Shown: positions 10,589 to 20,796 of the stretch, one piece after another
How the letters are laid out: each line of letters opens with the position of its first letter
How positions within the stretch are numbered: position 1 is the first letter of the stretch
Assembly: GCA_030647555.1 (NCBI GenBank)
Contig: JAUSJG010000008.1
Location: forward strand, 65,467-129,466
Direction of reading: 5' to 3'
DNA from: a bacterium
Lineage (GTDB): Bacteria; Patescibacteriota; Andersenbacteria; UBA10190; CAIZMI01
DNA length: 64,000 nucleotides
The notes under the pieces: model-generated
The model's input: only the letters and a program-made list of their open reading frames with translations
Told to the model about the DNA's origin: nothing
The model's database searches: none
Position numbers and translations under genes: made by a program

Positions 10589-12062
10589 TGTTTTTGTTTT
10601 TTGGTTTTGGCGGAATATATTCGTCGTTTGGAATCACAATGAAGTTTCGAACAGTGGGACAAACTTCGCCCGGGCGAAGTTTTGTCGGATCGTCCAAGTC
10701 GCGTGGCCCGCGGTAATCGACAAACCACTTCGCTTTTTTTCGTTCGTCGGCAACTTTGATATGCTGATCCGCTTCGCGTAAAAATTTCAAACGGTTACTA
10801 ATCTTCGGTTCTTCAGAAAACACAAGCCCGATATTTTTTACACAGTTCGCCAACGGCTGGATATCGGCAAAGTGACCGGATTTGTCCCAAGAATCGCCGG
10901 AATCTTGAAAATTAAGAGTGGTACCACCGGTTTTTTCGTAGGGAACGAACACGGCGCGGTATGTCCAAAAGGATAACAGTATCGCACAGAGGAATGAAAT
11001 GGGAATTAATACCTTCTTGCTCTTGAAAGTATTTAATAGAACTTTGCCGAAGCCTAATCCCGCCAGACCCCAAAGCGCTATCGTTGTCACGTGTAAATAG
11101 CGAGTGCGAAAGTAGCTTACCATTATTACGGTTGCGACAATGGAAATAACAATCCCAATCAGCCAATATAAAGCGACTTTTCGATGGGGTTTGATCAGTA
11201 ACGCGCAAAAAACAAAAACAAGCAGTAAAAAAATAATAATCCGGGCAATGTCGTGAGAGACATCACCGACATATTCACCCCAATAGCTGATTCCTGAAAA
11301 ATAATTAAAAAGCGTCGGGTACAGAATTTCAAGACGCCCGATAATTAGCGAAAAATGGCCAACGCGCGCGCTCTCCACGCTCATTTCCAACATAATGGCA
11401 AGCTGTAATCCAAAACCCGCTAAAAAACCAATCAAGGTGGGCCACCATGTAAAAATCTTTTTTAGATCGCGATATTTTGCCAATAGATACGCGCCAAAAA
11501 TGCCGGCTATCGGCGCAGTAAAAGTAACGTGCGTACTAACACCAAGGCCGGCGATTAGTCCGGCAATGACAGGCTTGGAACGAAAATTTCTTGTAAGAAC
11601 AAAAAGCAATAGAAACGCAAAAAACGGTAGAAAGTTAATCGGCCAGCTGATGCGCTGGTAAAGAATGTAGGGTGGGGAGAAAAAACAGGCAACCATCACA
11701 AAAAATGCCAATCGAATGTCAAAAATACGGCGGAAAACAAAATAAGCCAGCCAGAACGTAACGCAGTTGGCAATTATCAAGGGAATGCGCATCGCGAGCG
11801 CGGTTTCGCCAAGCCAAAGCACAAAGGGTAATCGAACATAATCACTCCAGAAAGCGACATATGATTCACGGCCGATGATAAATGGTTTTTTGTCCTGAAT
11901 ATGATCGAACACGCTTAATCCTTCATATCCCTCGTCGCCGACGAGGCCGGGAAGGGTGGCAAGGTGATATGTTTGGACGAAAAGAAAAAGAAAAAACAGA
12001 AGCCAAATCGAAAAACGCAACCAAAACTTGCTTGAAAATATATTGTTACAGGCGATATTCAT
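10581..12062 (-). CDS. ArnT/PMT-like membrane glycosyltransferase, tandem paralog of 9107..10588
   Basis: 493 aa, with PGLVGDEG, GRESYVAFWSDYVRLPFV and C-terminal EVCP shared with its neighbour. Confidence 0.7.
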   Translation of the reverse strand: MNIACNNIFSSKFWLRFSIWLLFFLFLFVQTYHLATLPGLVGDEGYEGLSVFDHIQDKKPFIIGRESYVAFWSDYVRLPFVLWLGETALAMRIPLIIANCVTFWLAYFVFRRIFDIRLAFFVMVACFFSPPYILYQRISWPINFLPFFAFLLLFVLTRNFRSKPVIAGLIAGLGVSTHVTFTAPIAGIFGAYLLAKYRDLKKIFTWWPTLIGFLAGFGLQLAIMLEMSVESARVGHFSLIIGRLEILYPTLFNYFSGISYWGEYVGDVSHDIARIIIFLLLVFVFCALLIKPHRKVALYWLIGIVISIVATVIMVSYFRTRYLHVTTIALWGLAGLGFGKVLLNTFKSKKVLIPISFLCAILLSFWTYRAVFVPYEKTGGTTLNFQDSGDSWDKSGHFADIQPLANCVKNIGLVFSEEPKISNRLKFLREADQHIKVADERKKAKWFVDYRGPRDLDDPTKLRPGEVCPTVRNFIVIPNDEYIPPKPKNKNNA

Positions 12063-14839
12063 TATTTTCGTTTGTTTTTGTTAAATTTTATTCCCGCAAA
12101 AACGAGTAATGAGATGAACAAGCATATCCATGAAATTATGCTGATCTTTATTGCCTGTAATGTTTTTATAGGAGTGTACTTAAAAGTTACCGTATGTTCA
12201 CCGGCGGGAACGATAACGCCACGGAAAATCCATTCGGACGGGAAAATTCTTGTTTCTTTGTCGTCAATGTAAGCGTGCCAATCCGGATAATAAGTGTCGC
12301 GTAATAATAGAAATCCATCGCCTGCATTCTTTGTTTTTAATACTACTTCATTTGGTTGATAGGAAACAAATGAAACTTCTCCGGGGCTCAAGGTTTTGTT
12401 TTTTAACAGGGTGTCGTCTTCAACAGGAACGGCATCGGACGGTTTTTGCGCATTGAACAAATCGGCGCGCGCGCCATCGGAATGCGTTACTGATGAGACA
12501 CTAGTAACAAATTGCGCTCTTGGGGCAGTTTCAAGATTTTTATAAAGTCGCACCGTTTGTCCTTCTGCTTGATTTTCTTGAAGCAGTTCCGTGTTTTTAA
12601 GGTTGCCCAAAACGCGATTATTTTGATATGAACCCAATAAGTAGCCAACGCCAAGGCGATTTAGTAATTCACGTCGTTTTTCGAGGAATGGATTAAAACC
12701 ATCCGCGTTTTCATTTTGATCGCCGATTTCATATAAATAGCGTTTTACTTCTCTTAATTGCAGTGCGCCAAGCCATTGTGTGCTGGGGATGCCCTTACTT
12801 GCGCCGATATGTGGCGAAAGAATATCTTGGGAAAGTTTGATGCGATTAAAATCCGCATAGAGCGGTGTTAGCGCAATATCGGGTTCCACGGCCGTCTTGA
12901 AAGTGGGTGTTTCACACTTGTCCTGAAAACAGAAGCTGGCGTGGCCACCGGGCAAATAATTGAGTTCACTATTGTTGGGAAACCCGACATACGTTATCCA
13001 TGGTCCGGTTTTAATTTCTTGTTGAGAAAACGAAACAGAAAAAATATGTCCCGTTGCGTTTTTAAATGTTTTTGGAAAAATAATTTCCAACGGTTTGGCA
13101 GAGTTAATGTTTATCGTTGAAATATTGATTGTCTGTGCTTCTTTTGTATTATCGTCCTGAATTTGTAAAACAATGTTGGTGTTATTTTGTTGTCCCTTAC
13201 TCCAGCGTAAATCCAGGGTGATACCACATAGTTCTGATTCTGTGCCGGTGAATGTTTGTTTAACAATTACTCCTTGATCGAGGCGTTTAAACTGGTGGAA
13301 CAGTTGCTGTGGTTCTTGGTCTAGCGACAAATCGCGTTGCGTGAAGAGGCGCGGTCCCCATGCCGGTTGGTTTTTCAGGATGGCTTCGGATTTTGTGACA
13401 AGAAAAGGCTGACTAAACGGCACGCTGACGTTTCTGGTTAAGTTGGGGATGAGAATTTCTGCTGTCGCCAAAATCATCAATAAATAAATTTGTTTTTCCG
13501 AAATTTTGCGTCCCAAATAAATTATAAAAGGAATAGTAAGGAAGGGGATTAGTGTGCGGAAATAATTTTGAATGAGATTAGCTTTTACTTGCGAACGAAT
13601 GCTTGTCGGGATACTTAGTAAACTAAAATAAGTAATCGCTAAAATAATTAAAATCCCCGCGACCAACATAATTGTTCTTTTCTTTTTGTTGGCGCGTATT
13701 AACGCTTCTGCGCCAAAAGCGCCAAGAAACGAAAAGGCGATTATTAATAGTAGAATCCAGCGGGCGGGAATTCCCAACGAATCCAGCCAATGGTTTTCCA
13801 CCAAATAGCGATAGAGAGGCGATGATTCTCCCGTAATCATTAATAAGGAAAGAATTGAAAGAAGAATTACAAACAATAATGACCGCTTCGGCATGCGTCT
13901 AATACTGAATAGTCCTACGAGAATAATTGAAAGAACGGTTAGGCCGAGCCACGAACTTAGTTCAGTTTCGTTTTTGGCGCCGATATAGTTTTCGTGATAA
14001 CCAAAGCTATGTGGAAATATCCAAGAAGAAAGGTGTGAAAAAGGAAGATTGAATTCGTAGAGTTCGGCAGGTAACATGGCGTCCGCACGGTCCGAAAAAG
14101 GAACGATGGCGAGTGTAGGGGAGATTTGCATGTATGCCAGCAGAATCGTGAGGACGGCGGCGGGTACCAGTGGGATTAAACGCCACACGGTGGTTTTTGG
14201 CGCCACGGCAAAATGTGCAATTGCATAGAGAACTAAAGCAAAAGTGCTAATCAACGCCGCTTGTGGCTGACCAAGCAAGACTTGCAAAGCGATAGCGATG
14301 CTTAAACCCAGCAACGATTTATAAGATTTATTTTTCAACCAATTGCCGAGCAACCACAAACAAATTGGTGTCCAGGCCAGTGGGAGTAAAACGTTAGTGA
14401 GATAATACCGACCGACAAAAAAGCCTGTTCCGGCAAAAATAAAAGCACCAAAGGAGGCAGATTGTTTTTGAAATTTTTCTTGTCTCAAGAGTAAATACAT
14501 TCCAACCGTCGCCAAAATGGTATGCAAAAATAGCGAAATATTTAATGTGATAACTCCGGGCAAAAATTCGCGTAAAACTAGATGCAATGGGTAAAAGAAA
14601 CCAAGATGCGAGATTGCGATGAGTGGATAACCCATTTGCAGTTCCGGGGCCCACAACGGCAGATGGCCCGCTCGCTGATAATGCGCAAACATATCCTCAA
14701 TCGGCGCGGTGATAAACGTCATATCGAAGTCGTAAAAAAGTCGGCCTCTTAACCAAATAAAAAAGAAGGGAATTAGTACGATTAGCACAGTACCAATTAT
14801 TGTTTTGTTGCGGTTAAAGAATGATTTTAGTTTCAACAT
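12062..14839 (-). CDS. YfhO-family membrane protein (GT-C)
   Basis: 925 aa, with GHLPLWAPELQMGYPL...FFYPL and C-terminal LLLRDTYYPDWHAYID...FRGVIVPAGEHTVTFKYTP. Confidence 0.85.
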   Translation of the reverse strand: MLKLKSFFNRNKTIIGTVLIVLIPFFFIWLRGRLFYDFDMTFITAPIEDMFAHYQRAGHLPLWAPELQMGYPLIAISHLGFFYPLHLVLREFLPGVITLNISLFLHTILATVGMYLLLRQEKFQKQSASFGAFIFAGTGFFVGRYYLTNVLLPLAWTPICLWLLGNWLKNKSYKSLLGLSIAIALQVLLGQPQAALISTFALVLYAIAHFAVAPKTTVWRLIPLVPAAVLTILLAYMQISPTLAIVPFSDRADAMLPAELYEFNLPFSHLSSWIFPHSFGYHENYIGAKNETELSSWLGLTVLSIILVGLFSIRRMPKRSLLFVILLSILSLLMITGESSPLYRYLVENHWLDSLGIPARWILLLIIAFSFLGAFGAEALIRANKKKRTIMLVAGILIILAITYFSLLSIPTSIRSQVKANLIQNYFRTLIPFLTIPFIIYLGRKISEKQIYLLMILATAEILIPNLTRNVSVPFSQPFLVTKSEAILKNQPAWGPRLFTQRDLSLDQEPQQLFHQFKRLDQGVIVKQTFTGTESELCGITLDLRWSKGQQNNTNIVLQIQDDNTKEAQTINISTININSAKPLEIIFPKTFKNATGHIFSVSFSQQEIKTGPWITYVGFPNNSELNYLPGGHASFCFQDKCETPTFKTAVEPDIALTPLYADFNRIKLSQDILSPHIGASKGIPSTQWLGALQLREVKRYLYEIGDQNENADGFNPFLEKRRELLNRLGVGYLLGSYQNNRVLGNLKNTELLQENQAEGQTVRLYKNLETAPRAQFVTSVSSVTHSDGARADLFNAQKPSDAVPVEDDTLLKNKTLSPGEVSFVSYQPNEVVLKTKNAGDGFLLLRDTYYPDWHAYIDDKETRIFPSEWIFRGVIVPAGEHTVTFKYTPIKTLQAIKISIISWICLFISLLVFAGIKFNKNKRK

Positions 14840-14853
14840 CGTTCTTGAGTCAG

Positions 14854-17142
14854 TTAGAAAGTAATTTCCTTCATTTTGTCACGATGGACGGTGTAGATCA
14901 TAACACGACTGTCTCCGTAAATTGTGTCATAAGTATGCAAACGTTCAAAGACATCGGGGAATCGCTGGGTGATTTGCCAGTTTTCCGGACGATTTCGTTC
15001 CACAAGATATTTGATGTCGTTGCTTTGGATCCAATCCAATTCTTGTTGTGCGATGTTTTCATTGTTTTTTGGCGAGAAAAACTTTCTTCGTTCACGCGAC
15101 AGGTATATTTGAATTGACTGTTCCTCCTTGGTGCGAAAGGCGACAATGCCATACTGACTACGTAAATATCTCACGGCTTGAATCATCACGCTTGTATCCT
15201 GCGAATGATTGTTATATTTTTCAAGGCGCCCTTTCAACGAATCGTGGCCGTCGACGTAAAAAAAGCCGGCCAGCAAACCGATAACCGACAAGGAAATGGA
15301 AATCGATAAAAAATTGTTTTTCTGTTTCCAAAGTTGATAAACTCCGGTTGCCATAAAAAACGCTGAAAAGGGGATAATCTGCAGATAATACCGAGATTTT
15401 GGAATAATAAGAGTAATAAAAAAAATCTGGCTGATAATGATCAGGAGGATTACGGCCGTTGTTTTGGCGTTTCTTTCTAAAAGCCAGGCCAGCCCCACAC
15501 CACACAGAAACAAAGGCAGTCCCGCCACATAAGTGCGTGCAGGGATACTGACGCTTAGGACGAGCATCAATACGATTAATAAGGAAGGGGCGCCCAAGGT
15601 CAAAAAATTAAAGAATTTTTGGAAGTTTGCATTTCGGTTGCGAAACGCTAATAAGGAACCGGCAACAAGGCCGCTGACCATACTTAACACTGCATGTCCG
15701 CTTTTACCGGTCGTCACCCACCAATTCCAAACATATGAATTTAATCGGGAAAAATTCGCGATCAAAACTTCTTTGGAATAGGCAAGCGATAGACCCTGGT
15801 CGTCGTTTATGTCTGAAAGCGTTCTTATACCGGAATGTCCCGACCAAAAATATGAAATTTGCGGCAATCCCACTATTCCAATGGTGATTGCCAACAACAG
15901 TAATATTTTTTTTAACGGCAACCTCTCTCTGACAAACAATGCCGGATATAATACAAGTGCCAATAAAGCGCCCTCGTACCTTGTTAAAAAAGTTAAACCA
16001 AGAAGGATGGCGAAAATTGCCTGACGGCGCAGATTGCGGGCGTATAAAAATGAAAGCAAAGAGGCGCATGTCGTAAACGCATAAAGTGAATTAGCCAAAC
16101 CATTCGGCGCTTCCCAAATGAAATCTTGGTTGACGGCAAGCAGTAATCCGGCACCAAGGGCGATTGCCCATGGCAAACGAAAATATTTGGCAATAAAGGT
16201 AATCAAGGCCACTGTTCCGGCCGCGGCCATAATGCCGATCCACCTGGACCAAAGAAGTGGATCGGCGGTTATAAACCCAGGGATAGCTAAAATGGACAAC
16301 AAGGGCCCCTTTCTGGGGTCGGTGGCAAAAAAATCTTCAAAATGCAGGAGTGCTTCGGTTTTTGAAAGATAATTGAAGGCATCACCGCCAAAAACTCCTT
16401 CAATTAGTCGTGTGTAGGGGGCGTGCAAAATGATCGCGAGTAAAATTAATCCAATAGTTGGTAATATGTAAATCATCCATGATTTAGTTTTATTTTTTAA
16501 TAAATGTGTCGCGACAAAAAGCAATGGTAAAAATATCGCGGCAAAAATGGCGGGCCGGTTTTGTTTAATTGATTTGTCAGTAATACGGCTCCAGACGATT
16601 GCCGCTTTCCAGAGTGGCATTTTTTCGTTCAGTCGGAAGGCAATATCGCCGTAGGAATTATTACCACTGACAAGCATATTGCCTTTGTCGTATCTTCTTG
16701 AATCCGGTTGATAATGAATCAAGATCGCCGACTCTTTGTTGATTTCTGTATCGGTTTTCAAAACCAGAGATTGTGTTCCTTGGGGCAACGGTTGGCTAAA
16801 TTTAATTCTGACCCATTGTGGTTTGGGCGATATTTGTGCCTGGGTACGGCCTAATTCTTTTCCTGCGGTATCGTCCAGAATTATCAAAGAGGGATGTTTT
16901 GACGTTCCGCTGATCATTATGTCTAGAGAGTCCGTGGTGTAGTCACTGTTGACGATTTGCCCTACGGTGGAAGTGCCAAAAACTCTTCGGATGTATTTTG
17001 AATCCAAATGCGGTAAATTGTTATCGTGTTTTAAATGGAAAGGCGTTAACAAAATTACAAGAAGCACGCAAATAGGTAGGAGGCACAAAACAGTCTTCCA
17101 TATTCTGGTGCGTTGGAATGGTCGAGTGGTAACAATTTCCAT
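14854..17142 (-). CDS. PMT/ArnT-like GT-C membrane protein with N-terminal extracytoplasmic domain
   Basis: GGDAFNYL, RKGPLLS and LTRYEG motifs. The N-domain resembles that of 1..2044. ATG 17142 is preferred over the track start, which falls in a repeat. Confidence 0.7.
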   Translation of the reverse strand: MEIVTTRPFQRTRIWKTVLCLLPICVLLVILLTPFHLKHDNNLPHLDSKYIRRVFGTSTVGQIVNSDYTTDSLDIMISGTSKHPSLIILDDTAGKELGRTQAQISPKPQWVRIKFSQPLPQGTQSLVLKTDTEINKESAILIHYQPDSRRYDKGNMLVSGNNSYGDIAFRLNEKMPLWKAAIVWSRITDKSIKQNRPAIFAAIFLPLLFVATHLLKNKTKSWMIYILPTIGLILLAIILHAPYTRLIEGVFGGDAFNYLSKTEALLHFEDFFATDPRKGPLLSILAIPGFITADPLLWSRWIGIMAAAGTVALITFIAKYFRLPWAIALGAGLLLAVNQDFIWEAPNGLANSLYAFTTCASLLSFLYARNLRRQAIFAILLGLTFLTRYEGALLALVLYPALFVRERLPLKKILLLLAITIGIVGLPQISYFWSGHSGIRTLSDINDDQGLSLAYSKEVLIANFSRLNSYVWNWWVTTGKSGHAVLSMVSGLVAGSLLAFRNRNANFQKFFNFLTLGAPSLLIVLMLVLSVSIPARTYVAGLPLFLCGVGLAWLLERNAKTTAVILLIIISQIFFITLIIPKSRYYLQIIPFSAFFMATGVYQLWKQKNNFLSISISLSVIGLLAGFFYVDGHDSLKGRLEKYNNHSQDTSVMIQAVRYLRSQYGIVAFRTKEEQSIQIYLSRERRKFFSPKNNENIAQQELDWIQSNDIKYLVERNRPENWQITQRFPDVFERLHTYDTIYGDSRVMIYTVHRDKMKEITF

Positions 17143-17199
17143 GAAAATGATATGCTTACATAATGCTGAAAATAAGTAATTTGCGGAAGGGTGTGGAGT

Positions 17200-17335
17200 C
17201 AATCTACCTCCCTTTATCCAAAGGGGTGCGGCGGATTCCACGAGAACATCCAGTGGATGTTCGAGAGGGTGCCAGCACGGGAGGGATTACGTCGCAATTC
17301 CCTCCCTTATTCAAGGGAGGGCGGGGGTGGGTTAT
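17200..17335. repeat. CCTCCCTT..AAGGGAGG-type palindromic repeat cluster
   Basis: cctccctttatccaaagggg, gaacatcc-agt-ggatgttc and ccctcccttattcaagggaggg. A related unit is at 56464-56497. Confidence 0.6.
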
Positions 17336-17347
17336 AACGTACATAGT

Positions 17348-18001
17348 ATGAAACACACCAACCTCATCCTTAGAATAGTAGCCGTCCTCGTCATCATCCT
17401 CGTCTGGGGCACCGGCGTAAAAATCGCGTACGATAGATATTCGCAATGGCTGAACACTATTGTCGAAACAACGGTCTATCGTTCTCCAACGCGAATCGAC
17501 TCAAGTTCCGAATATGCAGTTTATGAAAAACGTAACGCGTCGCAGACGTTCCATTTTGACAATCCAACCAACATTGAAAAAATTGCAATACCGGTGATGT
17601 TGCCGAATAATGCGAAAGACAAACAGAGATTAAACGTGACAATCAAAAAAGATGATATGACCGTAGTGGAAGATTATGTTTTTGAACTTACGGCCGGCAG
17701 AAATGATCTCACGTTGCAACCAACTAAACAATTTTTATCCGTAAAAGATCTGCGCGTAATTTTTACCACGCCCGGATTCAATGATATTGCAAAAGCCCCG
17801 CGTGTTTATCGAGAAGAAGGCGGTAATATCGCCATGCGGTTTTATTCAAGCGCCGTCAGGAGAGATATCATCTTCAAAAAATCGGCTACGCCAAAAGATT
17901 ATGTCGGTTGGTACAAGTTGGCTTTACTTGCTGGACTTGTCGTGATCTTTCCCGTTGTGCTTATTGATCCGCTGATTCGAAATAATAAGCGTGGCGATTA
18001 G
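17348..18001 (+). CDS. Membrane-anchored protein (TM - extracytoplasmic domain - TM)
   Basis: ORF with N- and C-terminal TM helices around ASQTF...GNIAMRFY. Confidence 0.65.
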   Translation: MKHTNLILRIVAVLVIILVWGTGVKIAYDRYSQWLNTIVETTVYRSPTRIDSSSEYAVYEKRNASQTFHFDNPTNIEKIAIPVMLPNNAKDKQRLNVTIKKDDMTVVEDYVFELTAGRNDLTLQPTKQFLSVKDLRVIFTTPGFNDIAKAPRVYREEGGNIAMRFYSSAVRRDIIFKKSATPKDYVGWYKLALLAGLVVIFPVVLIDPLIRNNKRGD

Positions 18002-18280
18002 AAACAGTCCTCCAAAAATTGTTGCGGCAATAAGGGCGCGGGCACCGGGGACGATGTGTAATTTTGGGACAATCGGGATCACTATTGCTGTCGCTAAAGC
18101 AAAAGCGGCAATATAAAATAAAGACCAAAGGTCACTGATTAGAATTGCAAAAATTAGCAACGTGGCACCATAAAACAAAATTGAGAGATTGTTGATGTAG
18201 CCAAACCAAAACGCAACCGCGGAGAGTAGGAGAAGTAATGCAACAAATTGAAAAGCAATATTTAATATCAGTTTGCGCAT
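17924..18280 (-). CDS. Small hydrophobic membrane protein (about 4 TM)
   Basis: 118 aa. Its ATG overlaps the end of the upstream gene, and its 3' end overlaps the convergent gene by 78 bp. Confidence 0.5.
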   Translation of the reverse strand: MRKLILNIAFQFVALLLLLSAVAFWFGYINNLSILFYGATLLIFAILISDLWSLFYIAAFALATAIVIPIVPKLHIVPGARALIAATIFGGLFLIATLIISNQRINKHNGKDHDKSSK

Positions 18281-19893
18281 AATGTGGCAGGTTTAATTTT
18301 TATTTGTTCTGCGTTTTGAGCTTGTTTAACCGGTAGTTCATAGATGACCGCCTCTTCCGTATCGTAAACCTTTTTGAATAACAATGGATTTGTTTCGTAT
18401 GCCGTAGACATAGTCTCGAACTTTTTGAAATATAACATATACGTGGCACTGGATTGGGTCAAAAGATTCATTACGTCCGCACAGGAATTTTTATTCAAAT
18501 ATCCGCCATTCGTTGTGCCTCGATCCGTGAGGACTGGAAGCCACCTGATAACGCCATCTCCCAAAGAATCGTTTTGTGCGATCACTGCGTTGCTCGGCAA
18601 GTTCTGTTTTATCCATCCAAAAACTTCAACTTGATTTGGTTGAAGTTGCTGATAGGTTTTGTCTATTCCCGGGTTGGCAAAATAAGCGCCTGCGGTATGC
18701 CAGCCTTGGAAAATGGCAACGGCTAAAATAACGGTAAGTACCAAGTAGCGCAACGGGCCAAAAGCAAATGCAGTTTGAAGAACCTTCCAAATACCAATTG
18801 ATCCGAAAATAATTATGGAAATAATTGCGAAAGGGAAAAATCGACTTTCCAAAATTCCTATTCCAAGCAAGGAATTAAAACCGAGAACAATCGACAATGC
18901 TCCAAATGTCACCAAATATAGACGGAAAAATTTTGATATAGAATTTAGACGAGAAAAAATTATCAAACCGATTGGCGTAAAGGGAACAATTATTCCGATT
19001 TGGGATTTTAGTATTTCAGAAATGGTGCGAAAAACGTTAAATTCTGTTTCTAGTGCGATGTAGGAAGGCCAGCGCTTGAAAGCAATAAAGAGAAGGATCA
19101 GTAACAGCGCGGAGGCGACTGAAACGGTAACGCGCTTCCAGGTACAAGCGGTTTCGTTGACACGATCTAATTTTGAAAAAATATACTGTGGCAGGGTGAT
19201 TACCAGTGCTAATGCACAAACAATAAATGTTCCCGGGTGCGCGAACCACATCGCTATGAGTGACAGTCCAACTCCAATTTTTGATTTTGCATGCAATTTT
19301 TCAAAAAACAAAAGCAGAAAAATCATACTCCACAGTTGAGGCATAAAGCCAATTTGAACAAACGATAAGACACCGACTACGGATATCGACCAAAAGACCA
19401 TTCCGATAAAAGCGGGAATCAAACCGGCAAATTTTCTTAGTAAATAGCCCAAAAGCAGTCCTGTGAGAAGGTGACCAAGCGCCATCCAAATCATAAAGCG
19501 TTGAGGCCAGGAGAACGGCAAAAAACGAGCTAGCGCAAACAGGCTACTGGATAGTCGGTAAGTTGTTTTAAAAGGTGCAAACCTGTCTGCGACGGTGCTA
19601 AAGGGTGGTGCGGAAATTGGATAGCGCGCATTTTGGATGTGTGTTGGTGCATCGTTCCCAAGCGGTAGTTTTGAGGTTAGGGGGTATTGAAATGAAAAAA
19701 CAGACAAAATTATAATTGCCACCAAAAAAAAGCCGACATTAGTGCTGTGTGTGAATATTGTTTTAATAGCTTTTTTCACGAACAATTTTGCGGTAAAAAA
19801 CGAGGTGTGTGGTTCAAACGGTAATATGATTATTTTCCGTACAGTATTTGGTAACTTTCGTGATAATATTATCAATGTTGCTTTGTGGCGCAA
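18268..19893 (-). CDS. GT-C-like multi-pass membrane protein
   Basis: PLGNDAPTH after TM1, ESRF motif, and C-terminal WIKQNLPSN...WLPVLTDR...FKKVYD soluble domain. The start is uncertain and probably lies downstream of 19814. Confidence 0.65.
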   Translation of the reverse strand: MRHKATLIILSRKLPNTVRKIIILPFEPHTSFFTAKLFVKKAIKTIFTHSTNVGFFLVAIIILSVFSFQYPLTSKLPLGNDAPTHIQNARYPISAPPFSTVADRFAPFKTTYRLSSSLFALARFLPFSWPQRFMIWMALGHLLTGLLLGYLLRKFAGLIPAFIGMVFWSISVVGVLSFVQIGFMPQLWSMIFLLLFFEKLHAKSKIGVGLSLIAMWFAHPGTFIVCALALVITLPQYIFSKLDRVNETACTWKRVTVSVASALLLILLFIAFKRWPSYIALETEFNVFRTISEILKSQIGIIVPFTPIGLIIFSRLNSISKFFRLYLVTFGALSIVLGFNSLLGIGILESRFFPFAIISIIIFGSIGIWKVLQTAFAFGPLRYLVLTVILAVAIFQGWHTAGAYFANPGIDKTYQQLQPNQVEVFGWIKQNLPSNAVIAQNDSLGDGVIRWLPVLTDRGTTNGGYLNKNSCADVMNLLTQSSATYMLYFKKFETMSTAYETNPLLFKKVYDTEEAVIYELPVKQAQNAEQIKIKPATLCAN

Positions 19894-20794
19894 AATTCAA
19901 CAGCTTTTCAATTTTATCGGTATTGGGTTCTCTGCGCTCGGCGTCTTCAAAGCCGACTTTGTACGCCTCATTGTAGGGAATGAACAGTTTAATGCTTTTA
20001 CTTCTCGTGTAATCAATAATTTTGTCCGCCAGTTCCTCTATTGTAATTACTTGTTTACTGCCAATATTATAAACTTCTCCGTTTGTCTGCTCATTGTCCA
20101 TTAGAAGTTGCATCGCCTTAACGACATCTTTTACATAAATAAAACAGCGGGATTGTTTGCCGTCGCCATGAATAGTAAGAGATTCATTTCGCAAGGCTTG
20201 CTTAATAAAAGTTGGGATGACCATGCCGTAAGCGTCTGTTTGTCTTTCGCCGACGGTGTTGAAAAGACGAACCACGGTAACGGGTAGTTTTCTCTCATTG
20301 AAGTAGGCGAACGACAAATATTCATCGAGTGCTTTCGAGCAAGCATAAGACCAGCGACTTTTGATTGTTTCACCCATTCTTAAGTCATCGTTTTCCGCTG
20401 AAGGCTTTTGGCTGTTCTTTCCATATACCTCTGAAGTAGAAGTAAGAAGAATTTTTTTGTTATACTTACTCGCAATTTCCAGCAGTTTCGCGGTGCTGTC
20501 AATATTATTTTTGATTGATGAGACAAGGTTGTCCATTATGTTTTTAACGCCAACTGACGCCGCAAGATGATAAATCGCGTCTACGGATGCCACTAGACGA
20601 TCGAGGTCGGGAGATTCTGAAAGTTCGCCCGCAACAAAATGAAACATTGGGTTGTCTTCCAGATGCGCGATATTGGTCATTGAACCGGTTGACAGGTTGT
20701 CGATGGCAAATACTTCGTGATCCAAGTTCAATAAGTGTTCCGCAAGGTGGGACCCGATAAAACCGGCGCCACCTGTGATAAGATATTTATGCAT
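19814..20794 (-). CDS. NAD-dependent nucleotide-sugar epimerase/dehydratase (extended SDR)
   Basis: ITGGAGFIGSH, STSEVYG, YACSK, RLFNTVG and GDGKQSRCF. Confidence 0.9.
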   Translation of the reverse strand: MHKYLITGGAGFIGSHLAEHLLNLDHEVFAIDNLSTGSMTNIAHLEDNPMFHFVAGELSESPDLDRLVASVDAIYHLAASVGVKNIMDNLVSSIKNNIDSTAKLLEIASKYNKKILLTSTSEVYGKNSQKPSAENDDLRMGETIKSRWSYACSKALDEYLSFAYFNERKLPVTVVRLFNTVGERQTDAYGMVIPTFIKQALRNESLTIHGDGKQSRCFIYVKDVVKAMQLLMDNEQTNGEVYNIGSKQVITIEELADKIIDYTRSKSIKLFIPYNEAYKVGFEDAERREPNTDKIEKLLNFAPQSNIDNIITKVTKYCTENNHITV

Positions 20795-20796
20795 AA

